A stretch of 64,000 nucleotides of DNA from Candidatus Babelota bacterium (GTDB taxonomy: Bacteria > Babelota > Babeliae > Babelales > Vermiphilaceae), in NCBI GenBank assembly GCA_049325595.1, contig JBMOLF010000001.1, forward strand, positions 102,857 to 166,856. Direction: 5' to 3'. Shown here piece after piece: positions 47,443-56,931 of this stretch. Position numbers and translations under genes: made by a program. The notes beneath the pieces were generated by a model. That model was not told where the DNA came from and made no database searches. It saw only the letters and a list, made by a program, of their open reading frames with translations. Numbering within the stretch: the first letter of the stretch is position 1; each line of letters starts with the position of its first letter.

Positions 47443-48395
47443 ACGAATTAGCTGGCATTGTGCATTATCTTTCAATTGCTCTTACAGTCGCTCTTAATTC
47501 TACCGGTACTGGTATTGCGCAAGGTATTGCAAGCGGTGCTGCCATTAAAGCAATGGACATTCAACCATCAGCAAAAGACGATATCACCAAAACCGCTGTA
47601 TTAAGCGCTGCATTTATGGAAGGTGCTTCTATAGTTGGTGTCGTAATGGCAATTATGTTATTTATGGAAAATACTATTACCCATAATCCATTTTTTACTG
47701 ATCTTGCAAAAATCGGTATTATTGCCGCTGTTTGTTTGCCCGGTCTTGCAGTAAGCATTGCTTCATCATTACCGGTAAAACAAACGGTAAATGCGCTAGC
47801 ACGTCAGCCTTTTTTTAGCCAAAAGATTACGCAATTAATGATCTTAACGCTCTCAATTATTCAAACACCATTAATTTTAGGTTTTATTGTTGCCATGTTT
47901 ATCAAAAACCAAGCATTGGTAGCAGCAAACTTGAGTGATAGTTTACGATTAATCGGCAGCGGTATTTGTATTGGAGTAGGCAGCATTGGGCCGGCAATCG
48001 GTCTTGCTCTTTTTGCAGCAACCGCTCTACAAGGATTAGGCATCAATCGTGCCGCCTCAAATAAAATTCTTACTTTCACGTTCATAAGCCAAGCAATTAT
48101 TGAAACACCGGTAATATTCTCGCTCGTGATTGCACTGGCATTATTACTCAGCGGCACACCACCCAATATCGTAAAAGGCGCTGCATTATTTGGTGCTGGA
48201 TTGTGCATGGGCCTAGGTACTATTGCACCCGGTATTAGCTCTGGGCGCACCGCAGCTGCTGCTTGCAAACAAATTGCCTTAAATCCGGCAAACTATGATG
48301 CATTGTCAAAAACCAGTATCTTTGCCCAAGGGGTAATTGATACATCTGCCGTATATGCATTGCTCATTTCGGTTGTATTGATATTTATGATGTAA
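47439..48395 (+). CDS. atpE: F0F1 ATP synthase subunit c, four fused hairpins
   Basis: Four Gly-rich helix / QP-type loop / carboxylate-helix repeats in 318 aa. Confidence 0.9.
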   Translation: MNELAGIVHYLSIALTVALNSTGTGIAQGIASGAAIKAMDIQPSAKDDITKTAVLSAAFMEGASIVGVVMAIMLFMENTITHNPFFTDLAKIGIIAAVCLPGLAVSIASSLPVKQTVNALARQPFFSQKITQLMILTLSIIQTPLILGFIVAMFIKNQALVAANLSDSLRLIGSGICIGVGSIGPAIGLALFAATALQGLGINRAASNKILTFTFISQAIIETPVIFSLVIALALLLSGTPPNIVKGAALFGAGLCMGLGTIAPGISSGRTAAAACKQIALNPANYDALSKTSIFAQGVIDTSAVYALLISVVLIFMM

Positions 48396-48398
48396 AAT

Positions 48399-48437
48399 GG
48401 TGCTCACCATAAAATAATAGCGAGCACCTACTTTTTT
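48399..48437. terminator. Probable terminator between convergent genes
   Basis: GGTGCTC...GAGCACC stem followed by a T-tract. Confidence 0.55.
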
Positions 48438-50010
48438 AAAGCCATATCTCTAGATTATTACGTTTTGAATAATATAAAAGTTTCGCTCTTGTTTTTAACG
48501 TTAGATCTTCATTAAATCTTAGGTCAATTTCACAATTCTTTAGTTGAAATAAGCTTGCCGGCAGTTGACTTAGATTGTTGTCTATTAGACTTAGTTTTTT
48601 TAAATTTCTAAAGTTAACAAATATATTAAATATTTTCTCATTTAAATAATGCAATTGATTATGGTCCAAATACAACCAATTAAGATTTGCTAAACCGTTA
48701 AACGTTCCCTCTTCAAGTCGAGAAAGTAAATTATTTGATATCTTAAGTTCGTTTAACATATTTAATCCACTAAATGCATCCTTATAAATAGTCGTTATCT
48801 TATTCTCGTGCAAATAAAGTTTTTCTAAATTTAATAATCCAACAAAAGTATTTGGATACAAAAAAGTCAGATCATTAAATTGTAATGACAATTTTTGTAA
48901 ATTTAACAATCCTTTAAAAGTTCCTGGTTCTATATAATTAATTCGAGCGCCTGTTAAGTAAAGAGTTCGAAGCTCATTTAAGCCTTCAAAAATTCCTTTT
49001 TTTAAAGTCATCAGTTTATTGCTTGATAAATCTAAACTATAAAGATTACTTATTAACCTAAAAGCACCCGACTCGATAATTTGTAAATTATTATTAGATA
49101 AAGCAAGATACATAATATTTGGAAGATAGCTTAATTCATTCTTTTTTATCTCAATTAACTTATTATCAGCTAAATTTAGGCTTACGATATTGTAGGCATT
49201 ATCGATGCAAGACAATCCAAAAAGGGATGTAATCCCACTTCTATCAATTCTTAGTGTTTTCTGTTCAGAAAATGGAATTAGAAATGAAATACGTTGTACG
49301 AAATCGCTAGTGAAATCTGGGGTTCCTTTTTTTGGCTGACCTTTTTCTAAAATATAATCTGCGATGGTATATTCTTCAGCACTTATACTAATCAAAGTAA
49401 AATAGCGTTTGACCAATTTATAAGAAGACTCTACTAAGTCTCCATATCCAGCTGTTTTGAGTAATTCCTCACTCATTTTCTTAATATTTTTACTATGTAA
49501 TTCTTGGGCAATCTTATAAGCGATATATTTTTCTAGCGGCTCAATTTCTAAATAGTGGGCAGCACGTAACAATTCGCCTTTAAATCGTTGTTGAAGTAAA
49601 GGAACTGTAGCAATTGGGCAACTGGTAAGATTACGAGTAACACTTTGCCACCATGATTCTAAAGCTTTTTTTACTTCTTTGAATGGATAAAAATGAAGCT
49701 CATTTTCTTTACCTTCACAAAGCACTTTTTCTAAAGGAGCTATTAAAGGCATGGCTTGTACTATCGACCCAATTATAAGGGGTTTAATTGAGGTGAGCTC
49801 AAATCGTGTTTGCTCAATGCCTGTTTTTTGTAACTCCGGTTGCAAAAAATCTTTTATCACCGGCGATAACTTCGTAATAAGATCTTTGTTAATTTTAAAT
49901 TCAGTACCATCAGAAGCAACTAAGGTAATGATTTCTCTTTGCTCCATCGCACTGGATAAAGATCCAATTAATAACACAGATAAATACCATAATTGCTTGA
50001 TAAAATTCAT
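48436..50010 (-). CDS. Secreted Skp1/BTB-like plus leucine-rich-repeat protein
   Basis: ITLVASDGTEFKI...SPVIKDFL...LLRAAHYLEIEPL; about ten 24-aa LxxLxLxxNxL...F.GL repeats. Confidence 0.8.
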   Translation of the reverse strand: MNFIKQLWYLSVLLIGSLSSAMEQREIITLVASDGTEFKINKDLITKLSPVIKDFLQPELQKTGIEQTRFELTSIKPLIIGSIVQAMPLIAPLEKVLCEGKENELHFYPFKEVKKALESWWQSVTRNLTSCPIATVPLLQQRFKGELLRAAHYLEIEPLEKYIAYKIAQELHSKNIKKMSEELLKTAGYGDLVESSYKLVKRYFTLISISAEEYTIADYILEKGQPKKGTPDFTSDFVQRISFLIPFSEQKTLRIDRSGITSLFGLSCIDNAYNIVSLNLADNKLIEIKKNELSYLPNIMYLALSNNNLQIIESGAFRLISNLYSLDLSSNKLMTLKKGIFEGLNELRTLYLTGARINYIEPGTFKGLLNLQKLSLQFNDLTFLYPNTFVGLLNLEKLYLHENKITTIYKDAFSGLNMLNELKISNNLLSRLEEGTFNGLANLNWLYLDHNQLHYLNEKIFNIFVNFRNLKKLSLIDNNLSQLPASLFQLKNCEIDLRFNEDLTLKTRAKLLYYSKRNNLEIWL

Positions 50011-50011
50011 T

Positions 50012-50737
50012 TTATTGAGCTCCTTTTTGCTTCAAAAGTCCTATTATTTCTTGATTGCCAAATTGTTCAGCCATTTGCAAAGGAGTAATGCCACGTTTGT
50101 CTGCTAAGTTAACATCGGCACCAAATTCAATTAATTTTTCAACAGTCGCTTTATTACCAATTTTTATAGCCGAAATAAGCGGTGTAGACGAACCTTGAAA
50201 ATTCACCTCAGCGCCATTTGCAATTATGGTGTCAATTAAGGGTTGCATACTACCATCTCGATTTGCTGCGATTGCTAAAATAAGCGGAGAAGTTGGTGTA
50301 TTAAACGGATTTACCTCTGATCCCGCTGCAATAAGCAATAACGGAAAGTCTATTGCAATTTTCTTAAGTCCTGCCATAAAAATAGCCCACAAAAGCGGCG
50401 TCCAGTTATTTTTGGTATCTTTAATTTCCAGATTAGGTTCTTTGGTAATTAGGTATTTTGCTATGGGTAACTGGGTATTTGCAATCGCAAATATTAAAGG
50501 TGTTGCAGTAACTCCTTCTTCTACCTCGAGCGAACTATCAACCGAAGCACCGCAATCTACCGCTTGGGCAACTTTTGTAAGATCATTTTCCATGAGACCT
50601 TCAATTAACTGCTGTTCAGCATCTTGAATGATCTTGGTTGCGATTTCTTTTACATTACGGCCATTAGCAACAATGCCTATAATCACCAACATCGCGCAAA
50701 AAATAGTTACCTGTGTAAAAATTTTTCTTAGGTTCAT
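50012..50737 (-). CDS. Ankyrin-repeat protein
   Basis: TPLIFAI, TPLLWAI, SPLILAI, TPLISAI, GADVN, TPLQMA. Confidence 0.9.
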   Translation of the reverse strand: MNLRKIFTQVTIFCAMLVIIGIVANGRNVKEIATKIIQDAEQQLIEGLMENDLTKVAQAVDCGASVDSSLEVEEGVTATPLIFAIANTQLPIAKYLITKEPNLEIKDTKNNWTPLLWAIFMAGLKKIAIDFPLLLIAAGSEVNPFNTPTSPLILAIAANRDGSMQPLIDTIIANGAEVNFQGSSTPLISAIKIGNKATVEKLIEFGADVNLADKRGITPLQMAEQFGNQEIIGLLKQKGAQ

Positions 50738-51050
50738 AACTACTCCAATAGAAAATTATCCCTTATTATACCTAATAGTATAAACTTTTAATATTTTCTA
50801 ATCGACAATTTTTTATTTTTATTGAAAAAAGGTCAATATAAACATATAAAACTCATTTTTTTATAAAATATTTTTAATTTTTAGATAAGAAGGTATTATT
50901 ATTGCCCTGAAAATACCCCAGATAATGTATTAATCTTTAAACACCTATCCAATTTTCTCTTAAATTTTTCACTTAAGTACAACCATTAGATTATTGCGTT
51001 GATTTATTTCTTGTCGCTAAGCTAGTAGCACTAAAAAAAGGGTATAACCG

Positions 51051-53156
51051 ATGATTAGATTAAATGTACGCTTAGTTCGTTTTATTATTGCTATTACCGC
51101 ATTGCTCAGCTTATTGGGCGGCATATTTTTTTTACACACCCTTATCAGCCAGCGAAGAGTAATAACAAATAACACCATCAGCTTTGCAAAAGAAAATGCT
51201 GAACTAGTAAAAAATCAAGTCGATCAATTTATAAATCAAGCAAAACAAATTGTTACTTTAACAGCCCAACAATTACAATCAAATAGCTCGCCCGAATTTA
51301 TTACTTCTTTACTTAACACGAAACCAAACTTTTTATCTGGACTTGGCATTATTGACCTTTCTTTGCAAGAAAAAATAAGTGGCTGGTACTATGTTGAGCA
51401 TGAAGATCAACAAAAACTTATTACTATATCCCCCACTGAATTGAAAGCCTCTTCTTTTCAATGGATTAACCAAATTTCAAATACAATCACCACCGTACAC
51501 AATCCCGATCCCTATACGACTATGCAAAGCTGGATTATTGGCCAACGCATAACGGTTGATCAGAAAACATTTTTAATATTTGCCACTATTTCATATGCGC
51601 ATCTTAAACACGTATTATCGTTACTCAGCACCAGAGAAGGCGGCATGTGGATTATTACCAATAATAAAGGCGAACCACAGATTTACCCTGCCTTAATGGA
51701 TTTTATGGCCACCTCAGTGGAATCACCAGGCATACAAGAATCATTGAGTAGCTCAATTAAAAGTAGCATTGAACAAAAAAATAATCTTGTCTTTGACAAT
51801 ACAAGTCAATCATGGCTTATACTAACGCCACTTACCAATTTACCTGCAACACTGGTTGGCGTATTCACTGCGCAAAAATCTATTATTACTTCAATATTTT
51901 TGCGGCATACGAGTATGCTTGCCGTTATTGCATTTACTCTATTTTTATTATGTTTGCTTGTTTATTGGTTTTTACAGGTAGGCTCTACCGTTTCTAGTTT
52001 GTGGATTTTAAGTATTATTTCTACGGTTATCTTGTCTACGTGCGTCGCATTTTTGTGGTACATAAGTGACCGTTATCCTTATCATCAAGCACCTATCAAT
52101 TCAATTGCAATTCGTGACAAAGTAAGTTTGTATCAATTTTTAGATTCTATTAGCAATGCTACCCCATTACCTTCCGTGCATAGAACTCTTTCTTCTGAAG
52201 CCCTGGAGCGTTATTTAAATTTTCGCTACAAAAAAGGACGTTATGTACCTACCGGATTGTATATTACCAATATCTCTTTTGACAAACCTCATCAAATAGA
52301 AGTTGCTGGCTATGTATGGCAGCGTTATTTTGACAAAATTCACGACAATATATCGCGTGGTGTATTGTTCCCACAGGCAGTAAGTGAACCTATTGTGGAA
52401 GAAATTTCACAAAGTAAGCAAGGTAATGTACAAACTATCATATGGCAATTTAATGTATTGCTTAACCAACAAATTTCCTACCGCAATTATCCATTTGATA
52501 TCAAAGATGTTAACATTCAATTGTGGCACAAAGATTTTAATGATGTTATTACCCTTGTCCCCGATCTTGATAGCTATTTACCTGGCGCAAATGTACCCAA
52601 ACCAGAATTAAGCCCTCATGCGCTATTACCTGGTTGGCATCCAATTGATACCTATTTTACCTATAACATTATTGATCGTACGACCAATTTTGGGCATTAT
52701 GCATTTGGGCCATTTGGCATTTTTCAAAGTGCCCGCACTACTACTATTCCCGAGTTTAATTTTACCGTAACTTTAAAAAGAAATTTGCTTGAAACTATTA
52801 TTACCGAACTATTACCATTGTTTGTTATTGCCTTGCTGCTTTTTGTATTGCTAATCACCGATCGCGAGCAAGGCTATGTCAACGTTATTACCGGCGCTTC
52901 GGCAATATTTTTTGGTACTATAGTAGCGCATCTTAAGTTTAGAGAAAAAATACCACCACAAGAAGTAGCCTATTTTGAAATATTTTTCCTCATCATGTAC
53001 ATCTTTATTGCATTCGTACTAGCGGTGAGCATTTTAAATTTATTTAATTCAAAATTAAAGTTGATACGGTATAAAGATAATCTTATTTCTCAGATTTTAT
53101 ATTGGCCTATTTTACTACTGAGTATTTGTGTCGTAACGTGGTATTATTTGTATTAA
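51051..53156 (+). CDS. Cache-like sensor domain fused to a pentameric ligand-gated ion channel-like module
   Basis: TM, extracytoplasmic domain, 2 TM, beta-rich domain with NYPFD, then LKRN and four C-terminal TM helices. Confidence 0.65.
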   Translation: MIRLNVRLVRFIIAITALLSLLGGIFFLHTLISQRRVITNNTISFAKENAELVKNQVDQFINQAKQIVTLTAQQLQSNSSPEFITSLLNTKPNFLSGLGIIDLSLQEKISGWYYVEHEDQQKLITISPTELKASSFQWINQISNTITTVHNPDPYTTMQSWIIGQRITVDQKTFLIFATISYAHLKHVLSLLSTREGGMWIITNNKGEPQIYPALMDFMATSVESPGIQESLSSSIKSSIEQKNNLVFDNTSQSWLILTPLTNLPATLVGVFTAQKSIITSIFLRHTSMLAVIAFTLFLLCLLVYWFLQVGSTVSSLWILSIISTVILSTCVAFLWYISDRYPYHQAPINSIAIRDKVSLYQFLDSISNATPLPSVHRTLSSEALERYLNFRYKKGRYVPTGLYITNISFDKPHQIEVAGYVWQRYFDKIHDNISRGVLFPQAVSEPIVEEISQSKQGNVQTIIWQFNVLLNQQISYRNYPFDIKDVNIQLWHKDFNDVITLVPDLDSYLPGANVPKPELSPHALLPGWHPIDTYFTYNIIDRTTNFGHYAFGPFGIFQSARTTTIPEFNFTVTLKRNLLETIITELLPLFVIALLLFVLLITDREQGYVNVITGASAIFFGTIVAHLKFREKIPPQEVAYFEIFFLIMYIFIAFVLAVSILNLFNSKLKLIRYKDNLISQILYWPILLLSICVVTWYYLY

Positions 53157-53234
53157 TTTTTATTAGAATTAGCACAAAATCGGTTTATACTAACTAGACA
53201 TCATTGTTAACACTATTAATGAGGAATTTTACTC

Positions 53235-54218
53235 ATGCTACGACCTCGTTATCACAATCTTCTTGATACTATTGGCAATACCCCTTTAGCACGCGTCCAT
53301 TTTGATTCTCCCGCCCAGATTTATGCAAAATTAGAATATTTAAATCCCGGTGGTAGCGTAAAAGATCGCTCTGCTCTTTTTATGATAGAACATGCAGAAA
53401 AAACAGGATTATTAAAACCTGGGGGTACCATTGTTGAAGCCTCTTCAGGTAATCAAGGCGTTGCGTGCGCTATGATTGGTGCATTAAAAGGCTACCGAGT
53501 TATTATCACGGTTTCTGAAAAGATAAGCCAAGAAAAATTACAAACTATCCAAGCATATGGCGCAGAAGTAGTTATGTGCCCTGCAACGGCTTTTATTGAA
53601 GATCCGCGTAGTTACCATTCACAAGCAGTAGCAATCGCACGCCAAATTCCTAACTCATTTATGCCAAATCAATATTTTAACACTCTCAATGCACAAGCGC
53701 ATTATGCCTTGCTAGCACCTGAAATTTGGCAGCAAACTGAAGGTAAAATTACCCATTATTTTGCCGCAGCTGGTACAGGCGGTACGGTAAGTGGTGTAGG
53801 AAAATATTTAAAAGAACAAAACCCTAATATTAAAGTTATTGCGCTTGATTCTAACAACTCATGGCGTTCAACAGGCGGCAATCCAAAACCTTACAAAATT
53901 GAGGGAATTGGCATTGATTTTGAAACGCCGGTATTAGCAAAAGATATCATCGATGACATTATTCCCGTAAGCGATGAAAATGGTTTGGGGATGCTCAAAA
54001 TTATGGCACAACAACATGGTTTCTTACTGGGGCCAAGTAGTGGTGCAGTAGCCTGGGCAGTTTCAGAATATGCGCGTAAAAATCTTGGCGAAAATGATTG
54101 TGCCGTAATGATATTTAGTGATTCAGGTCGTGCATATTTAACCAAAGGGTTTTATGCGCAAGAAACACCACGTTCTTATGCAACGATTGTAAAAGAACAA
54201 AATAGCATTCAATTATGA
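53235..54218 (+). CDS. PLP-dependent cysteine synthase / cystathionine beta-synthase family protein
   Basis: IGNTPL, KLEYLNPGGSVKDR, SSGNQG, GTGGT, IEGIG, GPSSG. Confidence 0.92.
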   Translation: MLRPRYHNLLDTIGNTPLARVHFDSPAQIYAKLEYLNPGGSVKDRSALFMIEHAEKTGLLKPGGTIVEASSGNQGVACAMIGALKGYRVIITVSEKISQEKLQTIQAYGAEVVMCPATAFIEDPRSYHSQAVAIARQIPNSFMPNQYFNTLNAQAHYALLAPEIWQQTEGKITHYFAAAGTGGTVSGVGKYLKEQNPNIKVIALDSNNSWRSTGGNPKPYKIEGIGIDFETPVLAKDIIDDIIPVSDENGLGMLKIMAQQHGFLLGPSSGAVAWAVSEYARKNLGENDCAVMIFSDSGRAYLTKGFYAQETPRSYATIVKEQNSIQL

Positions 54219-54220
54219 AA

Positions 54221-54257
54221 CAAAGAAGGAGCACTAACTTAATAGTGCTCCTTTTTG
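54221..54257. terminator. Bidirectional intrinsic terminator
   Basis: AAGGAGCACTA-ACTTAA-TAGTGCTCCTT-TTT between convergent genes. Confidence 0.75.
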
Positions 54258-54261
54258 TTAA

Positions 54262-54822
54262 TTAGGGTAATAACTCATATGATGTTTTTTTTGTTTCTTT
54301 AATAACTTCTTCATAAAGCATTCTTTGTTCATTTACTTTAATTTTTGTTTCCTTTAATCCCTCTCCAGCAAATTTAATATTAATTACATATTCTATGGGA
54401 GACCCAAGGGTGTAATTACGTTTTTTCCATCGCGCTAAAGTTGGAGCGTCTTTAAAAATTTTTTCACTAGCACTTAAAGTTTTTTTTAGAGTTATAAAAC
54501 TATTAAGGAGTTCATTAAATTCATTAAGACCATGATCAATTTCTAAAATTGTTTCAATTTCTTTTGCACCTTGTTCTGCAACAATTAAAATTTTAGCATC
54601 TTTCCATATTGGTTGAGATTGTTTTAACTCAATAGGCTGGTTAATTTCTTTTTTTTCATCAGGATACAACGTCCATGAAATTCCAGCGCCAAAAAGAGAT
54701 ATTTTATAATTTGTTTTATTTTCAATTGTTCCCAGTTTAAAAAAAACTTTATTCATTCCATGCACAGACAGACCAAAAGACAAAACAAACATAACTAAAC
54801 TAAATCTTCCAAAATTATTCAT
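54262..54822 (-). CDS. Hypothetical secreted protein (tandem family copy)
   Basis: LGTIENKTN...INIKFAGEGLKETKI. Confidence 0.6.
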   Translation of the reverse strand: MNNFGRFSLVMFVLSFGLSVHGMNKVFFKLGTIENKTNYKISLFGAGISWTLYPDEKKEINQPIELKQSQPIWKDAKILIVAEQGAKEIETILEIDHGLNEFNELLNSFITLKKTLSASEKIFKDAPTLARWKKRNYTLGSPIEYVINIKFAGEGLKETKIKVNEQRMLYEEVIKETKKTSYELLP

Positions 54823-54832
54823 ATAATCTCCC

Positions 54833-55369
54833 CTATCTTTCAAATCCTTCTGTTTCTTTAACCGTCGGGTTGCCAAGCTGCCGAACAACAAAACGTGATT
54901 GTCTTAAATCATTTCCTTCAAGGATGACATTAATAAGATATTCTTCTCCTTCATATTGGTAATTATGTTTGTGCCATTCTTTAATTGTTAAAGCGTTTTG
55001 AAGCTTATCCTTATAATAGAGAAAAATGCTTGTATCATGGAGTTGAATCTTACGATTTTGTCGAATCATCATTTTTGTTTCATCTTCAATTTGCATAGAA
55101 ATAGCAGCTTTTTTTTGTTGAAATTTATAAATTCGAAACCATGTATGATCCACTTCTTTTAAACGAACTTCTAGATCCAATCTTTTACTACTATCACGAT
55201 CAATATTTGCGATCAGTTTATTTGAGGTGCTATCTATGAGAGCAATATCCTGATCAGTATTATTAGAAATAATTCCTAAATAAAATTTGGGAATTATTTC
55301 ATTAACTTCCATTGCATAATTTGAAAAACTAATAATGCCCAAACTAGCTGTTATTATGAATTTTTTCAT
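54833..55369 (-). CDS. Hypothetical secreted protein (tandem family copy)
   Basis: PKFYLGIISNNTD...INVILEGNDLRQSRF. Confidence 0.6.
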   Translation of the reverse strand: MKKFIITASLGIISFSNYAMEVNEIIPKFYLGIISNNTDQDIALIDSTSNKLIANIDRDSSKRLDLEVRLKEVDHTWFRIYKFQQKKAAISMQIEDETKMMIRQNRKIQLHDTSIFLYYKDKLQNALTIKEWHKHNYQYEGEEYLINVILEGNDLRQSRFVVRQLGNPTVKETEGFER

Positions 55370-55379
55370 ATTTTTCCTT

Positions 55380-55889
55380 TTATGATCCAGGTATTTGGTT
55401 TTGCGATTCGACTAATTCTGAATGTTCTAATGCAGCCCCTTTTAAAATAAGATCAAAATAAAATTTCTCATCACCCGAAGAATGAAAGTACAATTTCTGT
55501 AAAGGATTTTTAAATACCAGATTGTTGGGTAATACAAACCGAATATGAACTTGCAATAAAGCTTTTTCTACATTATATATCGGAACCTCGGACCGAGAAA
55601 TCTGAAAATCAACTGCTGCTTTTTTTTCGTAAGTCACCGGATCATTAATTTTCAATTGTCCTAATACATTGCCAAAAATTTGAAAAATATCTATTTCTAG
55701 TGGCGTTTTTAAATGCAACTCTTGATGTTGTGCAATAGTAACTGTTTTATTTTTAATAAACCCAGCAAGAAGCCATTCTTGATCCGTATAATTAGTGATA
55801 TTTTTAATAAAAAAACGTGGTATAACCGCGCAAACCATCAATGGCATAGTTAAACAAACAAAGATAAATAATAGCAATTTTGTTTTCAT
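55380..55889 (-). CDS. Hypothetical secreted protein (tandem family copy)
   Basis: PRFFIKNITNYTD...FDLILKGAALEHSEL. Confidence 0.6.
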   Translation of the reverse strand: MKTKLLLFIFVCLTMPLMVCAVIPRFFIKNITNYTDQEWLLAGFIKNKTVTIAQHQELHLKTPLEIDIFQIFGNVLGQLKINDPVTYEKKAAVDFQISRSEVPIYNVEKALLQVHIRFVLPNNLVFKNPLQKLYFHSSGDEKFYFDLILKGAALEHSELVESQNQIPGS

Positions 55890-55907
55890 AAAAATTATTT
55901 CTCCTTC

Positions 55908-56795
55908 TCATTTATGGTGTAATAAATTCAAATTAACTGGATGAGGTTTTAAACAATATGAATTGTTATAGATAGTTGCGGTAACACAACGACTTAAATC
56001 AGTTTCGGTAAAAAAAGATGTTTTAGTGGAAAAGTGTGAACGATAACCAATTTTTTTTAATAATTGCCCAATTTGCTGTATGTGGCTTCCACCAGCACAA
56101 ATTATAATATTTTGGTAATGTGGTTGCGAAATTATTGCTGCTAAAATATGCAAATCAAGCAACTTGACATCGCACATTAACATTTTTTTTATTAAATTAT
56201 ACCGTTGCCTAACAGGTATCGAAGCAAGATATTCTGCAACCGTAGCATGGGCATATTCATGCCATTTAAAATTAACTATATTTTTTCGTGTTTCAGCTAT
56301 TATTTTTTGCACTGTCACCACTAGCGGATGAGGAAATGATACCCTTGAAAGAGCAGAAATGGCTGTCTCAATTTCGGCAATTAAATCGCGCATGGTTATA
56401 GAGCATGCTGACTTGCACTCAAAAGGATTTTTATCTGGTTGATATACAAACTCACCAAGCGCTTTTACGCGCAATACCCGATATTCAACATTTTGGACAC
56501 ATAAACTGCAATTTGAACAATATTCTGCAAGACCGGCTAATATTCCCTGCGGGGCCGAATCTTGCATAAAAGAATGCAGATCTTCAATAATTACTTTTGT
56601 AGTATCTCTAGGACAAGATAAAAGGTAATTTTTTATATAATTGCGTTGAACTTCGGTAATAGGATGATCTTTATCATGATAATCACTTAATGCTTTTATT
56701 ACTTCATGAGAATTTTTAAGTATATCTAATTGGTAAAAATAGGCTGATGCCAGCATAGGCATGCTGAGAATGAACCCTAAAACCCCTATCCTCAT
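55908..56795 (-). CDS. Hypothetical secreted protein
   Basis: AGGAG RBS, signal peptide; SDYH, IIED, NVEYR, IICAGGSH motifs. Confidence 0.6.
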   Translation of the reverse strand: MRIGVLGFILSMPMLASAYFYQLDILKNSHEVIKALSDYHDKDHPITEVQRNYIKNYLLSCPRDTTKVIIEDLHSFMQDSAPQGILAGLAEYCSNCSLCVQNVEYRVLRVKALGEFVYQPDKNPFECKSACSITMRDLIAEIETAISALSRVSFPHPLVVTVQKIIAETRKNIVNFKWHEYAHATVAEYLASIPVRQRYNLIKKMLMCDVKLLDLHILAAIISQPHYQNIIICAGGSHIQQIGQLLKKIGYRSHFSTKTSFFTETDLSRCVTATIYNNSYCLKPHPVNLNLLHHK

Positions 56796-56931
56796 TACTC
56801 TGCTCTCCTTGTATGCTGACACCATTACTTTTTATACAATAATATTTCAAAGAGAATATATTTTTCAACATTATTGATAATAAAGGAACATTTTACGAAA
56901 GATAAAATGATTATTTGAATTGGTATATTTG

